Assembly: GCA_934446465.1 (NCBI GenBank)
Contig: CAKSEF010000004.1
Coordinates: 1 to 56,883, forward strand
Length of the DNA: 56,883 bases
Direction: 5' to 3'
Origin: an uncultured Oscillospiraceae bacterium
GTDB taxonomy: Bacteria; Bacillota; Clostridia; Oscillospirales; JAAYXM01
Shown here in pieces: positions 7,978 through 17,235 of the stretch. The notes beneath the pieces are model-generated. The model was given only the letters and a program-made list of their open reading frames with translations. It was not told the origin of the DNA and did no database searches. The translations under genes and the position numbers were made by a program. Position 1 is the stretch's first letter, and each line of letters opens with the position of its first letter.

Positions 7978-9996
7978 TTACTCGGCATCCTCAGGGAGAA
8001 TATCATTCTCCTCGCCTGAAGTTGCGACAACCGTGTCAGCTTCAGCAGACGGCTCCGCCTTCTCCTCGGACACTTCCTCCCCCTCAATAAGAGCGCGGAT
8101 TGAAAGGGATACCTTTTTGTTTTCAAGATCGATATTTGTAATCTTTGCCTCAACCTCGTCGCCTTCCTTAAGAACATCGCCGGGCTTTGCAATGTGCGTG
8201 TTCGTAACCTGCGATATATGGATGAGACCGTCTACACCCGGGAGAATCTCCGCGAATGCTCCGAACGGCATGAGCTTCACAATCTTGACCTTTGCAACAT
8301 CACCTATGCCGTAATTCTGTGTGAACTTAGTCCACGGATTATCCTCGTCTTTTCTGTAGCCGAGTGAAATCTTCTTCTTTTCCTTATCAAGCGCGATGAC
8401 AAATACCTCTACCTCATCGCCTACCTTGAATACCTCGGACGGGTTTGAAATTCTTTTCCATGACATCTGAGAAATATGAACCATGCCGTCAACTCCGCCG
8501 ATGTCCACAAACGCGCCGTAGGATGTGAGCGAACGAACAACGCCCTTATAAACCTTACCTACTTCTATCTCATTCCAAATACGCTCGGACGCTTCGCGGC
8601 GAACCTCTGCCGTAACCTCGCGGATTGAACCGACTATGCGGCGGCGCGCACGATTTACCTCGCGGATTTTAAGCTGAACTTTCTTATGAAGAAGCTCGGA
8701 CATTTCTGCCCCTCTGGGGAGACCTGTCTGTGATGCGGGAACGAATACGCGGAGCCCCTTAACAGAGACTATAACACCGCCGGAATTTTCATCTACTACG
8801 TTTCCTTCAACTGTTGTTTTCTCAGCTCTTGCCTCCTCAACGTCATCCCAGCTCTTTACGGCATCAAGACGTCTCTTGGAAAGTGTTACGATTCCTTCCG
8901 CATCATTTACGCGCACGATTGATGCCTCTATTTCGTCGCCGACTTTAAACATTTCAGAAGCGTTTGCCGAGCCGTCAACACTCAGCTCGCTGCACGGAAT
9001 ATAGCCTGCATACTTAGCGCCGAGATCCACTTGGACATCAGTAGGCGTAATTGCAGTAATCGTGCCGACAACCTTATCTCCTGTATTTAAAGTTTTGAGT
9101 GAACCGAGAAGCATCTCCTCAAAAGATTCTCCCTCAAAGTTGTTGATTTCTTCGCTCATCTTGCCTTTTACCTCCTTAATTATCCAATCGGGTGTAGACG
9201 CACCCGCCGTGATTCCGATTCTCTCCGCCCCTGCAAGCTCGGAAATGTTTATATCCTCCGCACTCTCGGGACATATGACTCTCGGACAGACGGATTTGCA
9301 AATCGATACAAGCTCCTGTGTGTTTGAGCTTGTCCTGTCCCCGATGACAACCATCAAGTCAGATTCGGCTGCCAAGGCTGCGGCCTCCGATTGACGTTTA
9401 TCGGTTGCAAAGCATATTGTATCAAATATTTCGCAGTTTGTACACACCTTTTTTAGAATTTTAACACAAGTTTCCCAAATTTTTCGACCTATCGTTGTTT
9501 GGGCAACAACGCAAAGTGGCTTCGCCGCTGTATTTTCACGTCTTTTCACAAATTCTTCAGCCTCGGCTTCAGAACCGATAATTTCCGCATTTCCGCATTG
9601 TCCCGCGGTTCCGAGAACTTCCGGATGCTCTTTTTTTCCGATTATCACAACGTCACATCCGCGGGAATATGCTTCCCGAACTATTTTATGTATCCGCATT
9701 ACATACGGACAGGTTGCGTCAGCGTAGTCTATTCCGCGCTGTTTTAAATTATCATAAACTTTGAGCGGAACCCCGTGGGAGCGTATTACGGCAAGTGTAT
9801 CCGACGGAATATCATCGACAGATTTTACGCTCGGAACACCCAGTGATTCGAGGTGAGAAACAACATGGGCGTTATGAATTATCGGACCTATTGTGCATGC
9901 ACGCTTTCCCTCAACCCCGAGCTTTTCTGCGATATCAACGGCTCTGCGCACCCCAAAGCAGAATCCAGCAGTCTCCGCAACTCTTATCATCGCCAT
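7978..9996 (-). CDS. ispH: Fusion protein: 4-hydroxy-3-methylbut-2-enyl diphosphate reductase (IspH/LytB) plus S1 RNA-binding repeats
   Basis: N-terminal about 280 aa MAMIRVAETAGFCFGVRRAV...VVAQTT...GASTPDW (LytB). This is followed by four S1-like repeats (GDKVVGTIT.., VEGNVVD.., GKVYKGVVRSLTSYGAFVDIGG.., GDVAKVKIVKLMPFGAFAEI..). Confidence 0.9.
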   Translation of the reverse strand: MAMIRVAETAGFCFGVRRAVDIAEKLGVEGKRACTIGPIIHNAHVVSHLESLGVPSVKSVDDIPSDTLAVIRSHGVPLKVYDNLKQRGIDYADATCPYVMRIHKIVREAYSRGCDVVIIGKKEHPEVLGTAGQCGNAEIIGSEAEAEEFVKRRENTAAKPLCVVAQTTIGRKIWETCVKILKKVCTNCEIFDTICFATDKRQSEAAALAAESDLMVVIGDRTSSNTQELVSICKSVCPRVICPESAEDINISELAGAERIGITAGASTPDWIIKEVKGKMSEEINNFEGESFEEMLLGSLKTLNTGDKVVGTITAITPTDVQVDLGAKYAGYIPCSELSVDGSANASEMFKVGDEIEASIVRVNDAEGIVTLSKRRLDAVKSWDDVEEARAEKTTVEGNVVDENSGGVIVSVKGLRVFVPASQTGLPRGAEMSELLHKKVQLKIREVNRARRRIVGSIREVTAEVRREASERIWNEIEVGKVYKGVVRSLTSYGAFVDIGGVDGMVHISQMSWKRISNPSEVFKVGDEVEVFVIALDKEKKKISLGYRKDEDNPWTKFTQNYGIGDVAKVKIVKLMPFGAFAEILPGVDGLIHISQVTNTHIAKPGDVLKEGDEVEAKITNIDLENKKVSLSIRALIEGEEVSEEKAEPSAEADTVVATSGEENDILPEDAE

Positions 9997-9997
9997 A

Positions 9998-10579
9998 CTA
10001 ATTCTCCCCGCCGAGACGAATTATCTCGCCGAACACATTCTCCACAATAGATTTATACTTTGCAGAGCCCTTTTCGGAGCTGTCAGTACTCTGCGGTTTG
10101 CCGATAACTACCTTTACAGGCTTAAACAGATGCTTATCTCCGCTTACATACACGGGAAGCATATCAACCTTAGCACGGCAGGCAATCATAGCGGCGCCTG
10201 TTTTTGCGGCGGCCGCATCGGCTTCACCGTGGACGCGTGTTCCCTCAGGAAAAATCATGACCTTTTCACCGTCGGAAAGCGCGTCTATTGCAGAACGCAT
10301 TGTAGACATATCGACAGAACCGCGATTAACGGGTATCGCCTTAATCCCGCGAAGGAACGCGCCTATAATCGGAACGGTTATCAGCTCTTTCTTTACCATA
10401 AACCGCATGGGACGTTTTCCGAATGCAATACATATGAAAAACGGGTCCGACAACGAAGTATGATTGGCGCATACAACCACGGGACCTTCGGGAATATTCT
10501 CTCTCCCTATAATTTTAACCCTGTAAATCAGACGCAAAATCGGACCTATCAGAGCGAGCGCTATTCTATATGCAATCAT
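9998..10579 (-). CDS. plsC: 1-acyl-sn-glycerol-3-phosphate acyltransferase family protein
   Basis: NHTSLSDP (HX4D acyltransferase motif), FPEGTR motif, 193 aa. Confidence 0.85.
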   Translation of the reverse strand: MIAYRIALALIGPILRLIYRVKIIGRENIPEGPVVVCANHTSLSDPFFICIAFGKRPMRFMVKKELITVPIIGAFLRGIKAIPVNRGSVDMSTMRSAIDALSDGEKVMIFPEGTRVHGEADAAAAKTGAAMIACRAKVDMLPVYVSGDKHLFKPVKVVIGKPQSTDSSEKGSAKYKSIVENVFGEIIRLGGEN

Positions 10580-11252
10580 CGAAACTCAACCTCACAGTTA
10601 TGATATTCTTTATAACGCGCACGCTTTCATCGAGTGTATTACCCGTAGTGTCGACCTTAATCGCATCGGGTGCAGCAAAGAGCGGAGCGGTTTTCCTGTT
10701 TGAATCCTGCTCGTCCCGAATTTTCATATCTGCGAGAACTTTTTCAAACGACACGTCCTGTCCCTTTGAAACAAGCTCTTCATAGCGGCGTCTTGCTCTG
10801 TCCTCATTTGAAGCTGTCAGGAATATTTTTACACGCGCATTCGGGAGAACGACCGTTCCTATGTCGCGGCCGTCCATGATGACGTTACCGTTTTCGGCAA
10901 ACATTCTCTGCATTTCAAGCAAAAACTCCCGCACCTCGGGAATCGCCGAAACATCTGACGCATACTGTGAAATATGGTGTTTCCTTATTTCCTCGGAAAC
11001 ATCCTCTCCGTTGAGAAAAATTCTCTGCACTCCGTTATTATGGAGTATTTCTATTTTTATCTCGGGCAACACTTCCGAGACATCGCTTGCTGATTTCGGA
11101 TTAAGCCCCGAACGAAAAATATAAAGTCCCACGGCACGGTATATGGCACCCGTATCGACATATGTAAAACCAAAATCCTTCGCTATTATCTTGGCGATAG
11201 TGCTTTTTCCCGCACCGCTCGGTCCGTCAATGGCTATGCTGATTTTTTTCAT
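10566..11252 (-). CDS. cmk: Cytidylate kinase
   Basis: MKKISIAIDGPSGAGKSTIAKIIAKDFGFTYVDTGAIYRA...MDGRDIGT. Confidence 0.93.
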   Translation of the reverse strand: MKKISIAIDGPSGAGKSTIAKIIAKDFGFTYVDTGAIYRAVGLYIFRSGLNPKSASDVSEVLPEIKIEILHNNGVQRIFLNGEDVSEEIRKHHISQYASDVSAIPEVREFLLEMQRMFAENGNVIMDGRDIGTVVLPNARVKIFLTASNEDRARRRYEELVSKGQDVSFEKVLADMKIRDEQDSNRKTAPLFAAPDAIKVDTTGNTLDESVRVIKNIITVRLSFDDCI

Positions 11253-12498
11253 AATTACCCCCGATTCCGGCATTCTTTCCCGCGCAATATGCGCTTGACC
11301 ATGCAATTTGAAGATTAAAACCGCCGGTATAACCGTCTACATCTATTACTTCACCTGCGAAAAACAATCCCGAAATGAGCTTTGATTCCATTGTTTTCGG
11401 ATTTATCTCGCGCGTGCTTATTCCGCCCGACGTTATTATTGCTTCTTCGACCGGCCGCTTTTTCGCGACACTGAAGCATAAATTTTTAAGAGTATCGCGC
11501 AAGCTGTGCCGTTTTTCGCGTGTAAGCTCGTTTGCCTTGACATCCATATCAATATTGGCTTTTTCAAGGACTATCGGAATTATGCTTTCCGGGAGAAGCC
11601 CCCGCAATAGATTGGACATATTCTTATTCTTCTTTTCCTCAATGTCGCGCAGGATTCTCTTTTCGAGCTTTTGCTCATCAAGCGCAGGTTTCAAATCAAG
11701 CGAAATACTGTATTTATGCTTGTCAAAATCGCGCATATGAGCACTCGCCGAAAGAACGAGCGGGCCTGTGATTCCGAAATGCGTAAACATCATTTCTCCG
11801 AGCTCCGAAAAAATCTTTCGTCCCTTCTCATCATATGCAGTGAGCGTTACATTTTTAAGCGTAAGCCCCTGAGCCTTTCTGCACAGTTCGGGTTCAGACA
11901 CCAGCGGAACAAGAGACGCCTGCGGAGCTTTCACCGTATGCCCAAGTTTTTCGGCAAATCGATACCCGTCCCCTGTCGAGCCTGTCGCCGGATAAGAAAC
12001 GCCGCCCGTTGCTACTATAACCGATGCGCACTCAATCTTTCCTATTCGTTCACACATTACAGAAGCAACTTTCCCGTCCTCCGCAATGATATCTGTCACC
12101 GTATCGTTGATGATTCTTGCCCCGCGTGATTTTATGCAGGCAAGCAACGCATTGGTTACATCCTGCGCCCTGTCGGAAACAGGAAAAACACGGTTTCCGC
12201 GCTCGGTTTTCAGCGGAACGCCGAGTTTTTCAAGGCACTGCATCATATCCTGAGGCGAAAATTCGGAAAACGCGCTGTACATAAATCGTGGGTTTTGCGG
12301 AATATTTTCAATCAGCGCGTCCATTCCGCAATTATTGGTAACATTGCATCTTCCCTTGCCTGTAATATTCAGCTTTCTTCCCGCGTTTTTATTCTTTTCG
12401 ACTACTATTACGTCTGCGCCGTTTTCTGTTGCTGCGACAGCCGACATTAAGCCTGCCGCGCCCGCTCCCACAACAACAATTCTGTTATTGCTATTCAT
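11227..12498 (-). CDS. FAD-dependent oxidoreductase, HI0933/YhiN (BaiN-like) family
   Basis: RIVVVGAGAAGLMSA dinucleotide-binding motif, ...TGKGRCNVTN..., C-terminal LFFAGEVIDVDGYTGGFNLQIAWSS. Start is uncertain (12498 preferred, overlapping the upstream stop). Confidence 0.8.
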   Translation of the reverse strand: MNSNNRIVVVGAGAAGLMSAVAATENGADVIVVEKNKNAGRKLNITGKGRCNVTNNCGMDALIENIPQNPRFMYSAFSEFSPQDMMQCLEKLGVPLKTERGNRVFPVSDRAQDVTNALLACIKSRGARIINDTVTDIIAEDGKVASVMCERIGKIECASVIVATGGVSYPATGSTGDGYRFAEKLGHTVKAPQASLVPLVSEPELCRKAQGLTLKNVTLTAYDEKGRKIFSELGEMMFTHFGITGPLVLSASAHMRDFDKHKYSISLDLKPALDEQKLEKRILRDIEEKKNKNMSNLLRGLLPESIIPIVLEKANIDMDVKANELTREKRHSLRDTLKNLCFSVAKKRPVEEAIITSGGISTREINPKTMESKLISGLFFAGEVIDVDGYTGGFNLQIAWSSAYCAGKNAGIGGNYEKNQHSH

Positions 12499-13354
12499 TG
12501 TCAAGCTTTTCATAGACTCCGTAATCATCCCATATTTCTTCAAGTGTGGAGAGTGAATTTGCGACGTCGTTTTTCATTCTCATGCTAAGCGCCGCAATAA
12601 GTGCATTTATGCACGAAAGCGGTGCCACTATTGAGTCCGCAAACGACACCATTCCGCTTTTTGCCGTAATTCTGTAATCGGCAAATTTGCAGAGCGGCGA
12701 ATTATCGGAATCGGTTATTGCAATGACATTCGCCTTCCTGTCATGCGCGAACTGCATGGCGCTCGTAGTCCTCCGTGAATAGCGAGGAAAGCTTATTCCT
12801 ATAAGAACGTCTTTATCGGACAGGCGCAAGAGCTGTTCAAAGACCTCGCTTACACTGATTGTACTTATTATGTGAACATTCGGGAACATAATATTGAGAT
12901 AGAATCCGAGAAACTGCGCAAGCGGAGCTGCCGCGCGAACGCCTGTTATATAAATCTTTTCGGAGTTTAGAATACACTCAACCGCCTTTTCGAACTCGGC
13001 TCTGTCAATATTGTCAAGCGTCTCAAGAATATTGTTTACATCGGAACGGAGCACGCTTTCAACGATGTCCCCGCTCATCCTGTCGCTTGCGAGCTCTATT
13101 CGCTGAATCGCCGTGAACTTATTCTTTAAAAGCTCCTGCAAGTCCTGCTGCATTTCCTGATAGCCGTTATACCCGAGCTCTGCGGCAAAGCGTACAACGG
13201 TAGATTCGCTTGCACGAGCTTCTTTGGCGAGCCGTCCTGCTGTCATAAATGCGGCTTTATCATAATTATCTGATATATATTCAGCAATCAGTCTCTGGGT
13301 TTTTGAATATTTTTTCTTATCTTCTTCAAGTCTTTTCAAGAGATTCTGTTTCAT
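12491..13354 (-). CDS. MurR/RpiR-family transcriptional regulator (HTH plus SIS domain)
   Basis: N-terminal ...SKTQRLIAEYISDNYDKAAFMTAGRLAKEARASESTVVRFAAELGYNGYQE. SIS-like ...IYITGVRAAAPLAQF... Confidence 0.8.
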   Translation of the reverse strand: MKQNLLKRLEEDKKKYSKTQRLIAEYISDNYDKAAFMTAGRLAKEARASESTVVRFAAELGYNGYQEMQQDLQELLKNKFTAIQRIELASDRMSGDIVESVLRSDVNNILETLDNIDRAEFEKAVECILNSEKIYITGVRAAAPLAQFLGFYLNIMFPNVHIISTISVSEVFEQLLRLSDKDVLIGISFPRYSRRTTSAMQFAHDRKANVIAITDSDNSPLCKFADYRITAKSGMVSFADSIVAPLSCINALIAALSMRMKNDVANSLSTLEEIWDDYGVYEKLDNE

Positions 13355-14000
13355 GACTCCGCGCCCCCTGACTTTTATATGCTTCCACCCTGAAAATATT
13401 CTGACCGAGTTCGGTAAAGCGTTCCTCATATTCGGTCATAACATTATCAATGCCCGAACCTGCAAGGTCGAATGTAATATTCCTCAGGCGGAGTCCGTAT
13501 TCCGACATCGAATTCAGCGAGAACTCAAAAAGTTTCTCATTGTCGGTTTTGAAGAACAGAAATCCGTCATCCGCGAGTATGTCATCGTACAGTTTCAGAA
13601 AATCCCCGTGCGTAAGCCTGCGCTTTGCCTGCTTCTTTTTTGGCCATGGGTCGCTGAAATTCAGATAAATCCCGTTTATTTCGCCCTCGGAGAACACATC
13701 ACCGATATTCTGCGCGTCCATATCCAAAAACAGCACGTTCGGAATTTTTTGTTCCACCGTCTTTTCCGCGGCCATAACGAGCGCGCCCTGCTCTCTCTCG
13801 ATGCCGATAAACAGTGTATCGGCAAATCCTTTTGCGGTTTCGGTTATAAACCTGCCTTTTCCGCATCCTATTTCGACGCAAATCTTATCATATCCGAAGC
13901 GTTCACGCCAGCTTCCCCGCAAGTTTTCCGCATCTTTCGGCATAACTTGCGAGCATCTTTCCAGTCTGGCTTCAAGGTTCGGTTTTTTTCTCATTCTCAA
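13326..14000 (-). CDS. trmB: tRNA (guanine-N7)-methyltransferase
   Basis: ...VEIGCGKGRFITE...GIE...NFSDPWPKKKQAKRRL... TrmB signatures. Confidence 0.9.
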   Translation of the reverse strand: MRMRKKPNLEARLERCSQVMPKDAENLRGSWRERFGYDKICVEIGCGKGRFITETAKGFADTLFIGIEREQGALVMAAEKTVEQKIPNVLFLDMDAQNIGDVFSEGEINGIYLNFSDPWPKKKQAKRRLTHGDFLKLYDDILADDGFLFFKTDNEKLFEFSLNSMSEYGLRLRNITFDLAGSGIDNVMTEYEERFTELGQNIFRVEAYKSQGARSHETESLEKT

Positions 14001-14030
14001 CGCAAATACAACTCCATAACATATTTAGTT

Positions 14031-14074
14031 TATTCTATCACATATTGTTTTTTACGTCAATTTTTGATAGAATA
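14031..14074. promoter_or_regulatory. Perfect 10-bp inverted repeat in the trmB / metal-ABC divergent promoter region (candidate operator)
   Basis: TATTCTATCA (14031-14040) and TGATAGAATA (14065-14074) separated by 24 nt. The right arm overlaps -10-like TAGAAT/TAATAT hexamers. Confidence 0.35.
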
Positions 14075-14106
14075 ATATTTATAAAAACAACGAGGTGTAT
14101 CATATT

Positions 14107-14862
14107 ATGCACACAGATAACGGAAAGAGCGGTAACTCGTGCGGTATGTGCTGTACGAAGATATCGAATCTGTCAGTGAAGTTCGGGAACAACACGGTCC
14201 TTGACAAGGTGAATATGCACATACATTGCGGAGAACTCACTGCAATTATCGGTCCCAACGGAGCCGGCAAATCAACACTGTTTAAAGCCGTCATAGGCGA
14301 AATACCGCACTCCGGCACAATCAGATTCACTGATTTTGAAAACCGTCAGACGACACGCCCGAAAATCGGATATATACCACAGTATCTCGAAACCGACCGA
14401 AACTCTCCTATAAGCGTGTCCGACCTTTTCGCCGTCTCGTCGTCGCTGCGCCCTGCATGGCTCGGCGCGTCAAGGCATACCCAAAGTGAGGCTTCTTCGT
14501 TTCTTGAAAGGGTTGAATCGCGCCATTTGCTCGACAGACGGCTCGGTGCACTCTCGGGCGGTGAGCTGCAACGCGTTCTTCTCGCCCTTGCACTTCGCTC
14601 AAATCCGGATATTCTTCTATTTGACGAACCCGTATCCGGAGTTGACAAGAAGGGTCTTGAAATTTTTTATTCAATAATTGACCGAATACGAAAAAACTAC
14701 GACCTTACCATAATAATCATTTCTCATGACCATGCAAACATCGCAAAGTATGCTGACAGGTTTATTCTTTTGAACAAGACCGTTCTCGCATCCGGAAAAC
14801 CCGCCGAGGTTATGACATCAAATGAATACCGCAATATTTTCGGAAACGGGGGTTCAATATAA
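14107..14862 (+). CDS. Metal (Zn/Mn-type) ABC transporter ATP-binding protein
   Basis: GPNGAGKST, LSGGELQRV, LLFDEPVSGVD. GAGGTG RBS 9 nt upstream of the ATG at 14107. Confidence 0.85.
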   Translation: MHTDNGKSGNSCGMCCTKISNLSVKFGNNTVLDKVNMHIHCGELTAIIGPNGAGKSTLFKAVIGEIPHSGTIRFTDFENRQTTRPKIGYIPQYLETDRNSPISVSDLFAVSSSLRPAWLGASRHTQSEASSFLERVESRHLLDRRLGALSGGELQRVLLALALRSNPDILLFDEPVSGVDKKGLEIFYSIIDRIRKNYDLTIIIISHDHANIAKYADRFILLNKTVLASGKPAEVMTSNEYRNIFGNGGSI

Positions 14863-15695
14863 TGCAAACGGTATATAATTTACTCGAGACCGTTCTCCCC
14901 TTTTCATGGATAGAGTACGATTTCATGAAAAATTCGCTCATCGCGATTATACTTATTGCCCCGATACTCGGACTTCTCTCTACTCTCGTTGTAAACAACC
15001 GTATGGCGTTTTTTGCCGATACTTTAGGGCACTCGGCGCTTACGGGAATCGCGATAGGCGCAATGCTCGGTTTTGCCGACCCGAAAATTGCAATGGTTAT
15101 ACTCGGAATCCTGTTTGCTATACTTCTCGTAATGGCAAAGAGCAGAAACAGAGCGTCTACCGACACTACAATAAGCGTTTTTTCCTCAACGGCTTCCGCG
15201 CTCGGAATTGTTCTTCTCTCACGCGGCGGCAGCTTTGCCAAGTACACTTCTTACATCGTCGGCGACTTTTTGAGCATAACGGTTTCCGACATTTACCTTG
15301 CATCGATTGTCTTTCTCATCGTGCTTTCGGTTTGGATTCTCCTGTTTAACAAATTCTGCACTGTGAGCATAAACTCTACACTTGCAAGAAGTCTCGGTCT
15401 AAACGTAAGGCTTGTCGAAATACTGTTTTCATCACTCCTTGCGCTTGTAGTTACCGTTTCAATATCGTGGGTTGGAATACTGATTATAACATCGCTTCTT
15501 ACCCTCCCGGCGGCAACCGCGCGTAATGTTACACAGAATTTGCGTGCATACACCTTTGCATCGCTGATTCTTTCGCTCATATGCGGAATAGCGGGGCTTC
15601 TTCTCTCGTTTTATCTCAACACTGCCACGGGCGCAACAATCGTCATTCTTCTTTCTGCATCATATTTCACTTCGCTCATTTTTGCAAAAAAATAA
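14862..15695 (+). CDS. Metal ABC transporter permease (ABC-3 / ZnuB-MntB family)
   Basis: 277 aa polytopic, ...MAFFADTLGHSALTGIAIG... typical ABC-3. ATG overlaps the upstream stop (TAATG). Confidence 0.85.
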   Translation: MQTVYNLLETVLPFSWIEYDFMKNSLIAIILIAPILGLLSTLVVNNRMAFFADTLGHSALTGIAIGAMLGFADPKIAMVILGILFAILLVMAKSRNRASTDTTISVFSSTASALGIVLLSRGGSFAKYTSYIVGDFLSITVSDIYLASIVFLIVLSVWILLFNKFCTVSINSTLARSLGLNVRLVEILFSSLLALVVTVSISWVGILIITSLLTLPAATARNVTQNLRAYTFASLILSLICGIAGLLLSFYLNTATGATIVILLSASYFTSLIFAKK

Positions 15696-15704
15696 TGTTC
15701 TTAA

Positions 15705-15738
15705 AAAATCCGTGAGTATTGAGATACTCACGGATTTT
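15705..15738. terminator. Bidirectional terminator between the permease gene and gltX
   Basis: AAAATCCGTGAGTAT / ATACTCACGGATTTT arms with 4-nt loop. Confidence 0.75.
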
Positions 15739-15739
15739 C

Positions 15740-17224
15740 TTATATGCTTTTCAGTTTTTCTATTGCCGAATCAATCCTTTTAAGGCTTTCCTCTTTTCCG
15801 AGAATGTGGCATAACTCCACTCCTCCTCCCGGGGTTGTCTGTTTTCCCGAGAGTGCGGTTCTGAGTGGCCAAAGAACAAATCCGTTTTTGAGCTCCTTTT
15901 CGGCTATGTATCCGAACAGGGCCTCGTGTATGTTTTCCTGAGTCCAATCGGAAACACCCGCAATTACGGGCCGAATTTTCAGAAGCGTTTCGAGCGAGCT
16001 TTTTTCGTCCGTTTTCATCTTCTTATGCCGGTACATCTCCGTGCTGTATTCGGGAACTGCGTCAAAGAAATCGACCTTCTCCGGAATTTCCGACAGTTTC
16101 TCACAGCGCATATGCAAAAGCGGTGCAATAAGGTCGGGGTCTATATTTTCATTCTTGACGGTCTGCCTTATATACGGACGTGCAATCTCGGCAAAATCCT
16201 TTTCACTCATTGCACGTATATACTCGCTGTTAATGTAGTTGAGCTTCGGGACATCGAAAATTGCCGGCGATTTTGAAATTCCCTCAATATCAAATGCCTC
16301 AACAAGCTCGGGGAGAGAAAATATTTCGCGCTCGCCCTTCGGACTCCAGCCGAGAAGCGTTACATAGTTTACAACCGCGTCCTTAAGATATCCCTCTGCT
16401 ATCAAGTCCTCATAGGACGGGTCCCCGTGTCTCTTGGAGAGTTTCTGCGTAGCATTTTTCATGACGGGCGCACAGTGGACATATGTCGGAATTTCCCATC
16501 CGAAAGCCTCATACAGGAGGTTGTATTTCGGTGCGCTGGAAAGGTACTCCGAACCGCGCACAACATGAGTTATGCCCATCAGGTGGTCGTCAATTACATT
16601 TGCGAAGTTATACGTAGGATATCCGTCGGACTTAATTAGAATCTGGTCATCCAAATCCTCGTTCGGAACGGTTATTTCGCCGTAAACGACATCATAGAAC
16701 GAAGTCTCTCCGCTTCTCGGCATCTTCTGACGGATTACATACGGTGCGCCTTCGCGGAGCTTCTGAGCAACTTCTTCCTCGGAGAGGCGCGAGCAGCGTC
16801 CGTCGTACTTTTTCGGAGCTTCTCCCTCTTTCGGTTCTTCGTGCTCTGATTTTTCGCAGAAACAACGATATGCGGCTCCGTGTTCTATAAGGAGCTCTGC
16901 ATACAGCTTATACATTCCCATTCTCTCACTCTGTATATACGGACCGACGGGACCGCCGATATCCGGGCCTTCATCGTATTTAAGCCCTGTTTCGCGGAGC
17001 GTTCGGTAAATCAAGTCGGTCGCGCCCCCGACAAGTCTCCCGCGGTCGGTATCCTCGATGCGAAGAATGAAGTCGCCGCCGTTATGCTTTGCAATCATGT
17101 AGGTATAGAGCGCGGTGCGCAGATTACCGATGTGCATATATCCCGTGGGGCTCGGGGCAAATCTTGTTCTGACTCTGCCCTTAGGAATTTTCTTTTCGCC
17201 CTCTTCAAAGAAAGTCATATCCAT
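15740..17224 (-). CDS. gltX: Glutamate--tRNA ligase
   Basis: [20 protein letters not shown] (HIGH), KLSKRHG (KMSKS), 494 aa. Confidence 0.93.
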   Translation of the reverse strand: MDMTFFEEGEKKIPKGRVRTRFAPSPTGYMHIGNLRTALYTYMIAKHNGGDFILRIEDTDRGRLVGGATDLIYRTLRETGLKYDEGPDIGGPVGPYIQSERMGMYKLYAELLIEHGAAYRCFCEKSEHEEPKEGEAPKKYDGRCSRLSEEEVAQKLREGAPYVIRQKMPRSGETSFYDVVYGEITVPNEDLDDQILIKSDGYPTYNFANVIDDHLMGITHVVRGSEYLSSAPKYNLLYEAFGWEIPTYVHCAPVMKNATQKLSKRHGDPSYEDLIAEGYLKDAVVNYVTLLGWSPKGEREIFSLPELVEAFDIEGISKSPAIFDVPKLNYINSEYIRAMSEKDFAEIARPYIRQTVKNENIDPDLIAPLLHMRCEKLSEIPEKVDFFDAVPEYSTEMYRHKKMKTDEKSSLETLLKIRPVIAGVSDWTQENIHEALFGYIAEKELKNGFVLWPLRTALSGKQTTPGGGVELCHILGKEESLKRIDSAIEKLKSI

Positions 17225-17235
17225 TTATATCTCTC

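Noticed and set aside
9893-10603. 236-aa plus-strand ORF
   Set aside because: It is antisense to plsC and the start of ispH. The minus-strand proteins carry clear family motifs (HX4D, LytB).
13353-14075. 240-aa plus-strand ORF
   Set aside because: It is antisense to trmB, which has clear TrmB motifs. No RBS is present.
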